Positions 25,396 through 38,421 of a stretch of DNA of 64,000 nt are shown piece by piece. Position numbers and translations under genes: made by a program. The notes under the pieces were generated by a model. That model was not told the DNA's origin and ran no database searches. It was given only the letters and a program-made list of their open reading frames with translations. Each line of letters begins with the position of its first letter. Within the stretch, counting starts at the first letter, position 1. This DNA comes from Cetorhinus maximus (taxonomy: Eukaryota): positions 8,742,001 to 8,806,000 of the forward strand of contig NC_135888.1 of assembly GCF_964194155.1 (NCBI RefSeq), in the 5' to 3' direction.

Positions 25396-26877
25396 TCCCC
25401 TCTGTCTTCATCCTTTGATGGATGTGGTCTATAATATGAGAATGTGAGGCAGCATGAAAAAAATCTAATTTTGTTGCTCTCGACAATAAAACTGTAATCT
25501 GAACTCATTACTTAAATTTTTTTACGTAGAAATAATAGTCCTTAAAGCATCTATCAGTATCTCCAGACAATGACAGTTCAAATCCACTTGTTTGTCAATC
25601 TAATGTAAGTGCTGCTTGGCTAAACTTGAATAAATGAAAATGACTAAAGTCTATCAATTGTATATGCAAATTTGGTTAGAACAAAGATCTTGACTTCTTA
25701 TGTCATTTTTAAAAAGTTATGCAGCATGTTTTTTTTTAACCTAGCCTGCGTTCTGTTTTAGATTGTTTTGGTGAAAGTTTTAAAGAGTAAATAAAGAATG
25801 TAAAATCAAACTACATCTTTACTAAACTGCACATACGAACTAAAGCACAGATGCAGAAAGAAACCCATTGCTTCCTGTTTACAATTACACTGTTGTTTGC
25901 TTTTTGCCACATTCCTCTTTATGGGCACGCAATAACCTAGATGATAACCGCCCTTGTGGAAGATGTCTGGGTTCGACAGATTCTGGCATAATTGGTCTAG
26001 CTGTGAAATGCCCTGTCTAGTTGCTTTCAAATTATTATTTGAAACGCTATTCAAAACAGATATACCTGGTGATGCACTCAACATGCAGTGCTCCAAGGGT
26101 AAAAGGCTGTTCATGTTCAGCGCTCAGTGATAGTTTCATAATCTTAAAGACTCAACGTTAAATGTAAATCTTTTAGTAACATATTCTTCTGTGTAACGCT
26201 GCAGAAGTATTTCAAAACTACTTTTTGGCTCATATAAATGGCATTGAAAATGTTTGATTTCAGGACATCTAGAAATTGGTCTCTCTGCATTTTGCTGTTA
26301 CTCTTCAGCCAGTTTAAGTGGAATCTTTTTGCCCCCTTCTAGCTGTAGGAAAATGCATTAATGACTTCTGAAAAGTAGCTTTCATTTAGATACTCAAAAT
26401 ACTCTGAATCAAATAAAGCTTTTAAGTTTTGTTTTGAAAGCTTCCAGTAGTACAGGGCTAAAAAGAAAAAATGCATTTTACTGAATTCCCACATTGTTCT
26501 GATTGCCACTTACTAGTGTGTCTTAGTTCTGCCCTTGCTTTTTATGCTTTCAAACTGTGGGTAAGTGGCAGTCTGGGAACGAACTTACAGTATAAAACCT
26601 GTTTGTCAGTGACTACATGAAGTTGTCTCCAGTGACATGAATGCTGCCTACAGCTTCTTGTTCTTTTTGATGATGTCGCTGGAGAGGAAGTTCATGATGT
26701 TATTGAACAGGAGATTGTATACAACATGCCTGCTGCAAGGTTGCCTCTATACAGCAGGTTGAAAGCATAAAACTCAGAAATCCTGCTTGTGTGCAGATAA
26801 CTTTTTTGTTCTCATTCAGGGCTATTGACAATCCAGAAAAATATACCTCTCTTTTAATAAAGATGATTGCAGATGCT

Positions 26878-28103
26878 ATAAGACCAGAAGACGTAGGAGC
26901 AGAAGCAGGCTATTCGGCCCATCGAGTCTGCCCCACCATTCAATGAGCTTATGGCTGATCTGATAACCCTCAACTCCACTTTCCTGCCTCTTCCCCATAA
27001 CCCTTGATTCCCTTACTGTTAAAAATCTGAACCTCAGCTTTGAATATACTCAACGACCCAGCCTGTACAGCCCTCTGCAGTAAAGAATTCCACAGATTGA
27101 CTACCCTCTGAGAGAAGAAATTCCTCTTCATCTCTGTTTTAAATGGGCGCCCCCTTACTCTGAGATTATGCCCCCTGGCCCTAGACTCTCCCACAAGGGG
27201 AAACAACCTCTCAGCATCTACCCTGTCAAGCCCCTGAAGAATCTTATACGTTTCAATAACTTTGCCTCTCATTCTTCTAAACTCCAATGAGTACAGGCCC
27301 AACCAACTCAACCTCTCCTCATAAGAAAATCCCTCCATATCCGGGACCAACCTAGTCAACCTTCTCTGGACTGCCTCCAATGCCAGTATATCTTTCTTTA
27401 GACAAGGGGACCAAAACTGTTCACAGTATTCCAGGTATTGTCTAATAAGTGCCTTGTATAGTTTTAGCAAGACTTCCCTATTTTTATACTCCGTTCCCTT
27501 TGAAATTAAGGCCAACGTTTAATTTGCCTTCCCTATTACCCATTGAACCTGCATGCTAGGTTTTTGGGATTCATGCACAAGGACCCCCAAATCCCTCTGT
27601 GCTGCAGCTTTCTTCAGTCTTTCTCCATATAAATAATATTTAGCTCCCATTATTCCTTCCAAAGTGCATAAACTCACACTTTCCCCACAGTATATTCCAT
27701 CTGCCACATTTTTGCCCACTCACTTAACCTGTCGATATCCCTCTGTAGACTCTTTGTGTCATCCTCGCCACTTGCCTTCCTGCCTATTTTGGTGTCATAC
27801 GCAAACTTGGCCTCATTTCCCTCATCCAAGGCATTTATATATATTGTAAATAATTGTGGTCTCAGCACAGATCCCTGTGGCATTCCAGTAGTTACATCCT
27901 GAAAATGCCCCCCCCCTCAATGCCCCGTATCCCAACTCTCTGTCTTCAATAGTTAGTCAGTCCTCTATCCATGCTAATATACAACCTCCAACACCATGGG
28001 CTCTTAAGTAGCCATATGTGCGGTAACTTATCGAAAGCCTTTTGGAAATCCAAATATATTGCATCTACTGATTCCCCTTTATCTGCCCTGCTTGTTACTT
28101 GCT
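26878..28103 (-). mobile_element. CR1 LINE 3' portion
   Basis: ORFs PQGSVLRPQLFTIYIN...KFAYDTK and LYKALIRQYLEYCEQFWSP...RVVNLWNSL. Confidence 0.95.
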
Positions 28104-28255
28104 TGGAAATTGTCTGTAAACATGCTATTAATTAAGTAAGATGGAACTGTGCAGAAAAATGTTTTGTGAATGTTAACGTTGCTGAGTTCTCCTTATTTAG
28201 TGGCATGTTTATATTGCCAACTCTATAGTCACTTGGTAGTACCAAACTTGAGTAT

Positions 28256-28439
28256 TGCTGTAAAAATAGACATGCTGTCGATGCTTTTTGTCTTGCATTC
28301 TTCAGGACAGGAATTCCAACCAATCAGCACCCTTTTCTCATGCAGCATTAGCTGTTTTCCCTTTGAATTTTGGCATTCTTGCATCTGTCCTGATGAGTAC
28401 AAGATGAAAAACTTCAACAGCTTGTTTCCTTTTTCAGCA
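28256..28439. ncRNA. Inverted pair of minimal type I hammerhead-like motifs (second family; probably Penelope-derived)
   Basis: Plus 28385-28420: CTGTC-CTGATGA-GTACAAGAT-GAAA-AACTTC-AACAG. Minus 28310-28275: CTGTC-CTGAAGA-ATGCAAGAC-AAAA-AGCATC-GACAG. Confidence 0.65.
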
Positions 28440-29404
28440 GTTGGCACCTTTGAGACATAATGCCCGAGTTCTGCAGGAGCTATCCCATTTACGATATTGG
28501 ATAAATTCGAATTAACATGAAACACATTTTAAAAAGAACTACATGGCTTCTTTGCTTGCAGTTTGCTGGGAAGATGTTTAACCACCGATTGCCCCATTGG
28601 TGGCTAGAAAACATGGCCACTGCAGTAGTAAAACTGGTAATTGTTTTGTGTGGTGTTTTTGCTTATGTTACTAAAAGTGCGACCCAGAGCTTGCTTCAAT
28701 CCTACAATGGAAAGCTGTGAAATTGAATCAAATCAAATCAATTTGATGATTTGTGGGCAAACACCAGGAAAATAATCATGCTTATCTCTTGATGCCTCCT
28801 GAAGTGGGTGAGCAAGCCAATCGGTTGCATAAACAAAGCATTTCAAGAAGAAGGCCCATTGCGATACCTTAGCGCAATTAGGGAAGAGCGGCGAAGCCTC
28901 TTCACTCAAGCATCTTAAACTGGTTATGATACTGTTGCTACTCCTGGACATCACCTATTTTAGTGATGTGTGAGATCACTGGAGCCATTGACTGTGGTTT
29001 GTTTATACACTGCAGTTGCTATAGAATTTTGAGAAGCAACATCATCCGGGGGTTGTTGGTTGAATGCTACAAAATCAAGTTAGAAGGTAAATGATGTCAA
29101 GTAACCTATGAGGAGTTGGTTCATGAAAAATTGCAATAGGATTGATTAAAGGCAGTTTTTTTTTCGCTGAAGTGGGCTATTCCTATTGACAATTGAATAA
29201 TTTCAGCTTGATGCGTACAGAATGTTATTTGGTGCTTCTGCTGAAGATCATTTTGACCTTCCTGGTAGTGATCAGGCATTTGTGCGCTGAACTTTTAAAA
29301 CTCTGCACATGGATCTGTTTGAAATTAGTTTTGTACAAATGATGCCATTTTTATTTATTTCCTGGAACATGTGCTTTTTCCTTGAGGCCTGGGATTCAGG
29401 TTGG

Positions 29405-30090
29405 ATACTTAATAGCAATAAGAGTAGGAGTGGGCTATTGATTCCTTTGAAACTGTTCCGCCATTCAACTAGATCATAGTTGAGCTGTACCTTTACCCCA
29501 GTTGCCTGCCTTTGATCCATATTCTTTGATGACCACCTTAACAAAAACCTATTAGTCTCCATTTTGGAAGTTTCAATGGTAGTACCATCCACAGCCTTTG
29601 AGCAGAAAGAGTTCTAGATTTCTGCAATCCTTTGTATGAAGGCTTCTTGATTTCACTCCTGAACGACCTGGCTCTAATTTTAAAATTACACCTTTTTCTG
29701 GATTCCCTTGACAAAAACAGTTTCCCTTTATTTACCCCATTCAATCGTTTTAACACATTAAAAATTTCAATCTGATCATTCCTCTTTTCAGCCTTTTATA
29801 CTCAAGAATGCAAACCAAGTTTATGCAACCTGTCCACAAAATTTAACCATTTAACTCTCAGTATTATTCTGGTAAATCTGCCTCCAATATGCATTCTTCC
29901 TGAGGTGTGGTTCCCAGAACTGAATGGAGTTTTCCAGGTAGGGTCTGATAAAACTAAGTACAACTGAAGCACCACTTCCTCCCCTTTATATTCCAACTTT
30001 CTTGAGATAAAGGTAAACATTCTTTTTGATTGTTTTTGTACCTCTGCATCACCTTTTAGCTCTATAAAATTTTCTATTGTGGACCTGAAC
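29405..30090 (-). mobile_element. Decayed CR1 LINE 3' fragment
   Basis: Minus ORFs FISRKLEYKGEEVVLQLY, DRLHKLGLHS, FKIRARSFRSEIKK. Confidence 0.85.
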
Positions 30091-30329
30091 AGCATAGACC
30101 TAGAAGTTCATCGATCTGTATCGATTTAGCTCATTTAAGCCGAGGCGGTGGGGCGGGCACTATAATTGGTTTCTGAGAAGTTGAAATTGGCCAGAATTCT
30201 GGCTTCTGTCCAGGAACCCTTGCTCGAAGTGTCCATAGTGTGAACACTATGAACAGAGCATCTGGCCTGCAGTTGCTTGCTGTGCAGGTTTACCTGTGGA
30301 TAATGGCCGCCTTGGCCAGATTAAAAAAA

Positions 30330-30560
30330 AGACTGACATTTGCATTGCGTGTTTCATCACCTCGGATGTCCTACAGGGCTTCAAGTCACTCTGTTTTATC
30401 TCCTTACTTGAGAGGACGGATAGGACCTCAGTCTAACATCTAATCTGAAAGATGGCATCCCTGATGGTGCGGAAGGGCCAGTCTAGATTACTTGTCCCAG
30501 CCTTGAACCCACAAACCTTTGACTCAAGTGGCAGCTCTACCACAAAGCCAAAGCTGACAC
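30330..30560 (-). mobile_element. Deu-domain SINE fragment
   Basis: tctgaaagatggcatcc...ccttgaacccacaaacctttgactca...gccaaagctgacac, reverse complement of the SINE head. Confidence 0.6.
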
Positions 30561-31639
30561 TGCCCACCCATTAAGCTATGTCCCAACAAACAATGATATT
30601 TCTTGAAGATTTGTTAATATTGCAGTAAAATAGCCAAATGAATATGCTCTAGAAACTTTTCAAATTGGAAATCTTTCTGCTTAACCTTTTCTTCATTCTC
30701 TGTCTTTTGAAAAATGTTAAATAAATCATTCAATGCATTTTTTCTTAAAAATGAGTACTTTATTTACATTTTTTATCCTGTAACTCCTGGACCTTGGCTG
30801 TTGATTTCTGGAGGATGGATTCACGAGCTGCTAAATCTGTTTTATTCTTCAACCAATTGAAACATAGACCTTTTGAAAATTGACATGGTCTGCCATTGAT
30901 GCAAGCAGATTGAGTTTGTATACAAATTTTGTCATTGGGGAACAGAGTCAAGCCAGTGCTTGACGAGTTACCATTCGCATAGCACTGGCAAAATACTGAT
31001 GAAATCTTGTATGCAACTTATTGCATATTAATGTAGTTAATGAGTTTAACTCTATTATCCAGTTGACCGATTCTCAATCTAACCTTTGTTTTTTAAGGGT
31101 GCACCGCAACACTGTACAATATAGTTTCTAATTTTTTAGCGTTGATGGCTCATGTCTCCTTTTTATTTAAATATGAGTGATAATCACTGTATTTTTGATC
31201 AATTTTGAAAAACCTAAATTTACACAGTTCCAGTGATCTGACACTTCCTGAATGTCAGATAAATTTCATTGTTCATATCTTCTTTAGATTAGAAACTTTG
31301 TGTGAAATGGCAGTGCTTGAGATAGTATTTAGCTCAGTCATAATTGCATGATGGGAATGCAAATGAGATTTTATTAGTTTGATGCTTTCACTGTCTCCAT
31401 GGTTATGAAGTAACAGTGTTGAGAATGTGTCACATTGCATCCGTGAATTTAGTAAGAGTGTCAAAACATGGCTTCAATTAGTTCTCTCTAATTATGGCTC
31501 TAGAGATCTTGTAACAGTATAGATTCTTATTAAGAAACACTTATGGTGATATTTTGTGGATAAACAAAAAAAAAACTTAGTTGTTGTAAAAGATCTAAAA
31601 TTAAGTAACCTATATAAAGAAAAAAAATGCCAAAGTTAT

Positions 31640-31835
31640 AACTGGAAAGTGAAATTGAAACAGAAAATGCTGGAAATACACAGCAGGTTCATCAGCGTTT
31701 GTAAAGAGGAAAGATGAGCTAATGCTTGAAGTGTAAGTTTTGATTGGAAGTGTCTAAACTTAGGACTATTAACATATTGATGTTCTATGTATTTCTTGCA
31801 GTTCTGTTGTTACTTCAGATTTTGAGCATTTGCAG
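31640..31835. mobile_element. Very decayed inverted Penelope-like terminal-repeat pair
   Basis: aaacagaaaatgctggaaatacacagcagg ... cttcagattttgagcatttgcag. Confidence 0.55.
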
Positions 31836-33962
31836 GGGCAATGGCAAAAGAACACAGAGTGAGATTCCTCTTTCAAAGAGCCAGCAGAGGAATAATGGGC
31901 TGAATGGCCTCTTTTTGCATTTATGATTTGGTGATTTGCTGTGTTTTTGATATCAGCAGATGTGTATTATATACGTTATGTTTTAAGTTTTGATTTAAAT
32001 TCTTGACAAGAAACAATGAAGTTAGTGGAGCCGAAGATTAACATAGCCTTTATTAAGCAGCAACATTATGCATTGACATGCAGGGACAATTATGACAGCA
32101 GCTCTTGTCCATCGAAAATGTGCAAAAAAACGTAGAATGTTATACCAGCTGAAAGTACTGATTTGAATTTACTGTCAGATTTCTGCAGAAAAAACAAATA
32201 GACAACATACAGCAAAAGTAACATTTAAAATGCTTTTGAAGAAGAATGAGAATAAGTTTGTAAATCTCTCAGCTTTTTCAGACAAACTCTGTGATCATAA
32301 GCATTTTGCTTTGGAAGTTGGTGCATTCATGGGTGTCTCAACACTGACTACAGTGTTAAGAATTGAAAAGTTATTGTATTTTTATGTATTATTTATTTTA
32401 CGCAAAAGCAATTCCTTTGAAGGCTTTAGAGCAAGCAAAGCACAGCCGTGAAATTAAGTGATGGCGTTTGAGTTTGTATCTGTTGGCAGCAGTTTTCCTA
32501 CATCGCAGATATTTTACCAAATGATAATGCAAACTCTCGTAATATTGCCTTAATGATTATTTGCTTGAGACTGCAGGTGGGATCCTTTTAGGATATAGTG
32601 GTTAAGTTGGAGCTACTTATACATATTTCCACCAGATCACTGGATCGTAATCATGAGCTAAAATCCCAGTTTATGTTTGTGTCCTTTGCCATGTCCCTAA
32701 ATTTGTGCTTCATAGATCTCCAGCCATGATGGGTTAGGTTACTTTAACACATTCTCATTGCTGAGCAACATTGCAAAAGATTCAGCTCTGCTTAGTCTCA
32801 TCACTTGACCCAGGTTGGTGCTTCAGAGATTAGGGATCATAAGAGTGGACAGAACAAAGTAAAACGAGATAACTTTGCATTACAAGTGTTATATCATAAA
32901 ATTGCAGCAATGGGTTGCCCTGCAATGAATGACAAGTTTGATTTCTTTTTCTGATGCCTTAATCTCACAATCTAGAAATGTAGTGGGTGTGCTGTTCTCC
33001 CTCCTCTGATTCCAGGTTGCTGGTATAAATGACTCTGCTCAACAATTGTGGTCACCTCAATGAGTTAAAGCTTCAACAAAACAGAGGAATCTGCTTTGTT
33101 ATTGCTAAGAGAGTATGCCTGCTTCAATTTGCAGCCTAGTGAACTCAAAAGTGTTGAGTGTTTAATAGCTTTTAAACCAAACTTATTTGTTGGAGGAAAA
33201 AAATTGTTTTGCCATTACATTGTCTTAATCAAAAATAAATACTCAAATCCTTAACTGTAGTAGGGATGTAGAATAAAATAGCAAGGAAGAATGAGTTGTA
33301 AGCTTTCAATTTACACCAGAATTTCCATGCCTCTGTGTATTTGTAATTTTTTGATTGCCTTCCTTGCACAATTTATGCAATGTTCAGTTTGGTTGAAAGG
33401 AAATGGGATTTCTGAGTGGTCACGTCTTGAGTTCTTGAAGCTGTTAAATGTTGGTAAGTGTGTGCATATCTTGAATGGTGCAAAGGGAATTCAGTGCTCT
33501 GAGACCTACATGAATAAATCCTGTGTTGGTGGCAACAAATGTAAAGCAGCGGTTATTAGTGACTGTTACAACCCAGTGGGATTTCATTTCTGGCGTGATG
33601 AATACTTGACTTTAACCAAGTTTGGCAGCCAACAGGCTTTTTATTTTTAAATACGAACTGCTATTTTGTTTTATGGTATGGTTGAGTTCACAGTCCTAGA
33701 GGCTATTGACCCGTTCAAGCATTAATGTCGAATCATAATTTTGTACCACTTATAGTCATAAACAGCAAAGGTTCATTGCTAACATGTGATAGACCATGAA
33801 ATCGGCATTAGCAGTGACAATATGAACAATTGGATTTAGTTGCACCTGTCTAAAATGGTCTTTTTTCCCGGTAGAATAACTTTAGTGCCCAAGGTTTAAA
33901 CTTTAGCAACTAAGTAACAACTGATTTAAAAAGTCAATAGAGTGTTAGATCAGGATTTCACT

Positions 33963-34634
33963 ATGGCCCAAATCTTCCGATCAGCGACGGAACCCCTAAT
34001 TCCGACCCTGATCAGACAAAAGATACCCACGTACCGCCTTCCAGTGTTTTTCTGGGCAATCTTTCAATGGAGGGTTCTTCCAAACTCATTCAGTGCAGGA
34101 AACCCTGGAGATATAAGTGAAGGGAATCAGTGCAGAAGCCACACCCCTTTTTATGGCACTAACTGCTGTATTCTAAGTAAAGAGTTCAAATGTCCCAAAG
34201 CTCCTTTGAAAATCTATGTAGTGAAGGTTAAGGCGGTTACGTGGGTAGTATGGCTGAGGTAAAGGGGGAATGGTTGGTAAGGTAAGTGGGTAAGGGGGTA
34301 GGGTGGCAGGTAAGTGAAGTGGCAGCTGGGTAGGTGGTGAGGTCAAGGGGGTGGTCAACAGGGGAGTTGGCCTCTGTGTGCGTGATTGGGGGTTGTCAGT
34401 TGCACAGTTACCCAGGAGTTAGACTAGGATTTTTCTGTCTAACATAAGGTAAGTAAGTTGGAACCATCCAAAGTCTCTGACTCTAACTAGAGAGTTGAAG
34501 ACTTTCTTGGAGGGTTCCGGGAGTAGGGGAAATTTCCCATTGGATGTTCAAACTTCCTGTGCATTTCCCATTGAGTTAATGCATTGGGACTTACAAGGGG
34601 TCTGACGATCTGGAGGCTGGAGGAAATGGGCCTA
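33963..34634. mobile_element. MITE-like non-autonomous DNA transposon
   Basis: Imperfect TIRs GGCCCAAATCTTCC / GGAGGAAATGGGCC with TA-rich flanks; G-rich interior. Confidence 0.55.
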
Positions 34635-36959
34635 TATATTCTAATACCCATGTAGCTTTTCCATCCCTGATATTGGTATATAAAATGGAAGAATGACTTG
34701 GCTGAAACAAGTTCTAATTTCATGGTATGAATTTTCCGGTATTTTTTTTTTCATAATTTTTCAGACAGGGATTTCTGAGTATAGTTTATCCAGGAAGTGC
34801 TTTATGTTTTTTATTCAGACTCACCCTGCAGTCGGTCTGAGTGATGGGGTTGGTTCTAGTTCAGTTTAACAGTCTTCAGACTTGCAGACCAAAGTGCAGT
34901 GCAAAGGATTAATTTGAAATACTGAGCCTACCATTAAGGGGAATTATGTCACAGCATCCCAATCCATAACTGTCATAACTTCATGATCCACAAATACATG
35001 TGCTTTTCTGTTGAGTGTTGCAGTTTGTGGAGTTGTTGCAACCTCTTGGCTTGCTCCCAATCCGACTCGTTTAAACATAGTAAACGAGTCTGCTGACACA
35101 TTGTCAACTTGGAGGTCGACAGTAATCCTAACTTAATGTAGCACTAACGTCACTTGCTGTGTGGGAGATGCAAACAGAATGTCTTAAAACACAGACATAG
35201 CCATCATTTTTTAAAAAAAAATGAAATCTGTGTGTGAAAATATTTTGTAAAATTGCTTGTGGCTTAAATATCCAACACGTATAAAGCCCGAAAGTAAGGG
35301 CAATCATTTATTGGCTTACTGAGCTTCAGATTTATTAGTAGATTGTGTGAGGATGGTCTGCAGTTTCCCTTCTAATTGGTTTCTTGAGTTGACCGAACAT
35401 GTACTATTCTACTTTTAAGCTGCTGTAATCAGAAGTATCTTATTACTCTATCTGCACATTGTTCGCAGTTAGAGAGCTAATCACTTCGCTATTTTCCCTT
35501 CAGCCCATTATGTAATATGCTAATTAAGCCCTCACAGGAGTAGCAGTTGAGGGGTTAAACCCTATAATTATTCAAATCTTTCAGGCTTTTCTCCCAGTTT
35601 GCGATAATTTGATGAGGAAGTTCACTGTAATTAAATATTCAAATTATGAATAAGTGTCAATATGGCTTCCTATAGCCTGGGAATGATGATTAATTGTATT
35701 CAAAACTCTAGTGGCTGCTCTAATCTGAGGCAAACCGTTGCTGTTGATTATTTCTGTGCAATGCTTGCCATGTTTTTTGTTTTAGAATTTAGTCTGGTAA
35801 TTGATTTGCCATATGTTGCACAAGTGCAGGTATTTAGAAAATGTGTATTTGAAGAACTCTGGGAATTTTTAATTGTAATGTTCATTTTTGTTGTGGCAGG
35901 CAATACTTATTTTTTTTCCTACATCTTGCCTCAAAATTCTCACTTGGCACATAAAGGCTGTAGTAGCTGAATTACTGTTACATGCCTACATTACAGATTA
36001 CTTTGTGCGTATGTGGATTAAATGTAAGGTTGCGGTTATGATAGAAATTTTGCATCTGGTTCTGGAGGCATATCAGTGCAAGGTGGCACTATAACTCGAG
36101 TTCAGATCCAGATCTGAATTCCAAATCCAGTAAAAACAAGCTGAGTGTGCCTCTAGAAGGTCATCACATACTGGTTAGGTTTCACGCCGGTTGGTGCCTA
36201 GCGTAGTTTGGAGTAGAGCTGAGTTTTAAATGCTCACTGGACCATTGGACCTTATGATGACTTCATAATGTTAATTTTTAGTCCTCACATTATGATCGAG
36301 CAGATTCAGCTCATGAGCTTGTTAAATATTATAAAGTAGCTATGTGAGGAAGTTGTGGGGTCCACTTAGCAGTGGTAAGCAGCGGTGCAGTACAACTTCA
36401 GGCCCCCTTTGGTGATGTTATCCAGGCCTGATCTAAAGGTTACGGATTGTGATTTAACTCTTTCCAGTTGAGGGTTGGGAGGGGAGCGGTGAGCAGGAGA
36501 AGTGGGGGAGGAAAGCGGCGAACGGGATTGTCAGGAGAGGGAAGCTGTGAGTGGGGGAAGGAAGCTGTGAGCAGTAGGATCAGGAGGCGGGAAGCAGCGA
36601 GTGGGAAGTGACGAGCAGGAGCTTTGTGAAAAGAGTTAGTAAGTTTGTCGAAGGATTTTTGGGCCAATTATATTCAAGGCAGCCAAAAAGCACTTAATAT
36701 AAAAATTACAGGTCAGGAACATAACCCATCCTTATTACAAATTTTCTTATGAGTAAGTGATTTTCGTTTAGCGCATTTCCGTTTAGCATAGGGACGCATT
36801 CGAGAGAGCCATATTTAAAATCTTGATAAGAGGGAAACCAGAAACAAATTCTGATCACATCTTCAGGTTCATTATATTCTGCCAGTATTGATCACTACAA
36901 AACGATGGACTCATAGTAATTAACCAACAAAGCATTTTCAGAACAGTCAGCCTTTCTTT

Positions 36960-37401
36960 GACTGCCTGGTTGGCTTTGTTGATGACGTTCTTGAGTTTAG
37001 ACCAGAAGGCTTGAGTTTGAGCCCAAAAGTGGTAGCCTGACTCCATAATCTAAGCTGACATTCCACTGCTATACTGAGGGAGTGATACATTGTTGATGGC
37101 ACTGTGTTTGGATGAAACTGAGTCCATGTATACCTATTCTGATAGTCCCATTGAGCATTAAAGATCTTGTACTCTTTGAAGTATTGCATTGTGTCGGCGT
37201 ATTCTCCAATGTTGCTGCATTAACCAACATCACCAAAAACAGATGAAGTGATTGATTGCCTGTTGGTGTTGGTAGTATCTTGCTGTATACAAAGTAACTA
37301 CTCCGCTTCTTTTATACTTGCCACACTACTTCAGAGTAGTTCATAGAAACTGAACTGCTTTGAGACATGGCTGAGGTGATAAGATGCTACATAAATGCAA
37401 G
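36960..37401 (+). mobile_element. Old Deu-domain SINE
   Basis: ataatctaagctgacattccactgctatactgagggagtg...gctacataaatgcaag. Confidence 0.7.
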
Positions 37402-37961
37402 CCATCAATCACGAAAACACTCATTTTGTTCTAACCATTTAGCCAGGTGTGACCAGGACAATGTCGTGTCTTGTGGTCAGATCTATTGGAATGCCCTTGC
37501 TACCCTTGTAGTGATGTCGCCAGTGTAATGGTAGGGTGCAGTATTCTCATGCAGACAGTCATTTGAAGAGGATGCCTTGATGAATGTGTGAAATCATTGG
37601 TACTATGTTTACTTGAAATCTTGAAAAACACTGAGCACTGTAGTTTATAGATATTGTTTTTTTCAAATGTGAATTGTATCTTGGGAGAGAATGTTAAACT
37701 ATACAATGTTAGGGTTAAGTATTGATCATTATGGGTCTGTCACTGGTAACAGACCAATTTGAGCCAAAGAATTGCCGCATAGGTGGTGTAGATGTAATTT
37801 TTCTGTTAACTTAGCAACGCTATTCATGGATCAATGCTTTTCAGCTAATTTCCATATAAGTGAAATGGTTCTTTTTTTAAAAAAAAAACTTAAAACACAT
37901 ATTTTGTAACATCTCTACAAATCTGCTCTGCAAATGTTGAATAATATAACATTTCTGTGGA

Positions 37962-38421
37962 GAACTTGACCTTTATATTGAGCTTTTATATTGTACCGTT
38001 CACAACCGCAGGATGTTCCTATGTGCTTTACAGCTAATTGAGTATTTTAAAAGTGCAGTCATTGTTATAATGTATGAAACACGGCAGCCAGTTTTCCTAC
38101 CCAAGGCCCTAAAAACCATAATGAGATAAGTAGCCAGATAACTTGCTTTATTGACGTTGATTGAGCAAAAAATATTGGCGAGGACACCGAGAGAGCTCCT
38201 TTTTGAGAAGTGCCATGGGATCTTTTACATCAACTTCAGTCACCAGGCATTGTCTTGGTTTAATATCTCACTCAAAAGGCAGCACCTCCAACAGTGCAGC
38301 ACACCCTCAGGGCTGTTCGGAAGTGCCAGTCTGGATTATGTGGTCAAATCCCTGGAGTGAGGCTTGAACTCACGACCTCCTGACTTCAGAAGTGATAATG
38401 CCATCACTGAGGTGAGGCTCA
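37962..38421 (-). mobile_element. Deu-domain SINE, near full length
   Basis: agtgccatgggatcttttacatc...cagcacctccaacagtgcagcacaccctcag...ggcttgaactcacgacctcctgact. Confidence 0.8.

Noticed and set aside
26970-27515. 181-aa ORF as a functional or domesticated gene
   Set aside because: C-terminal fragment of CR1 ORF2; the upstream RT region is frameshifted and the catalytic motif is mutated (FAYD).
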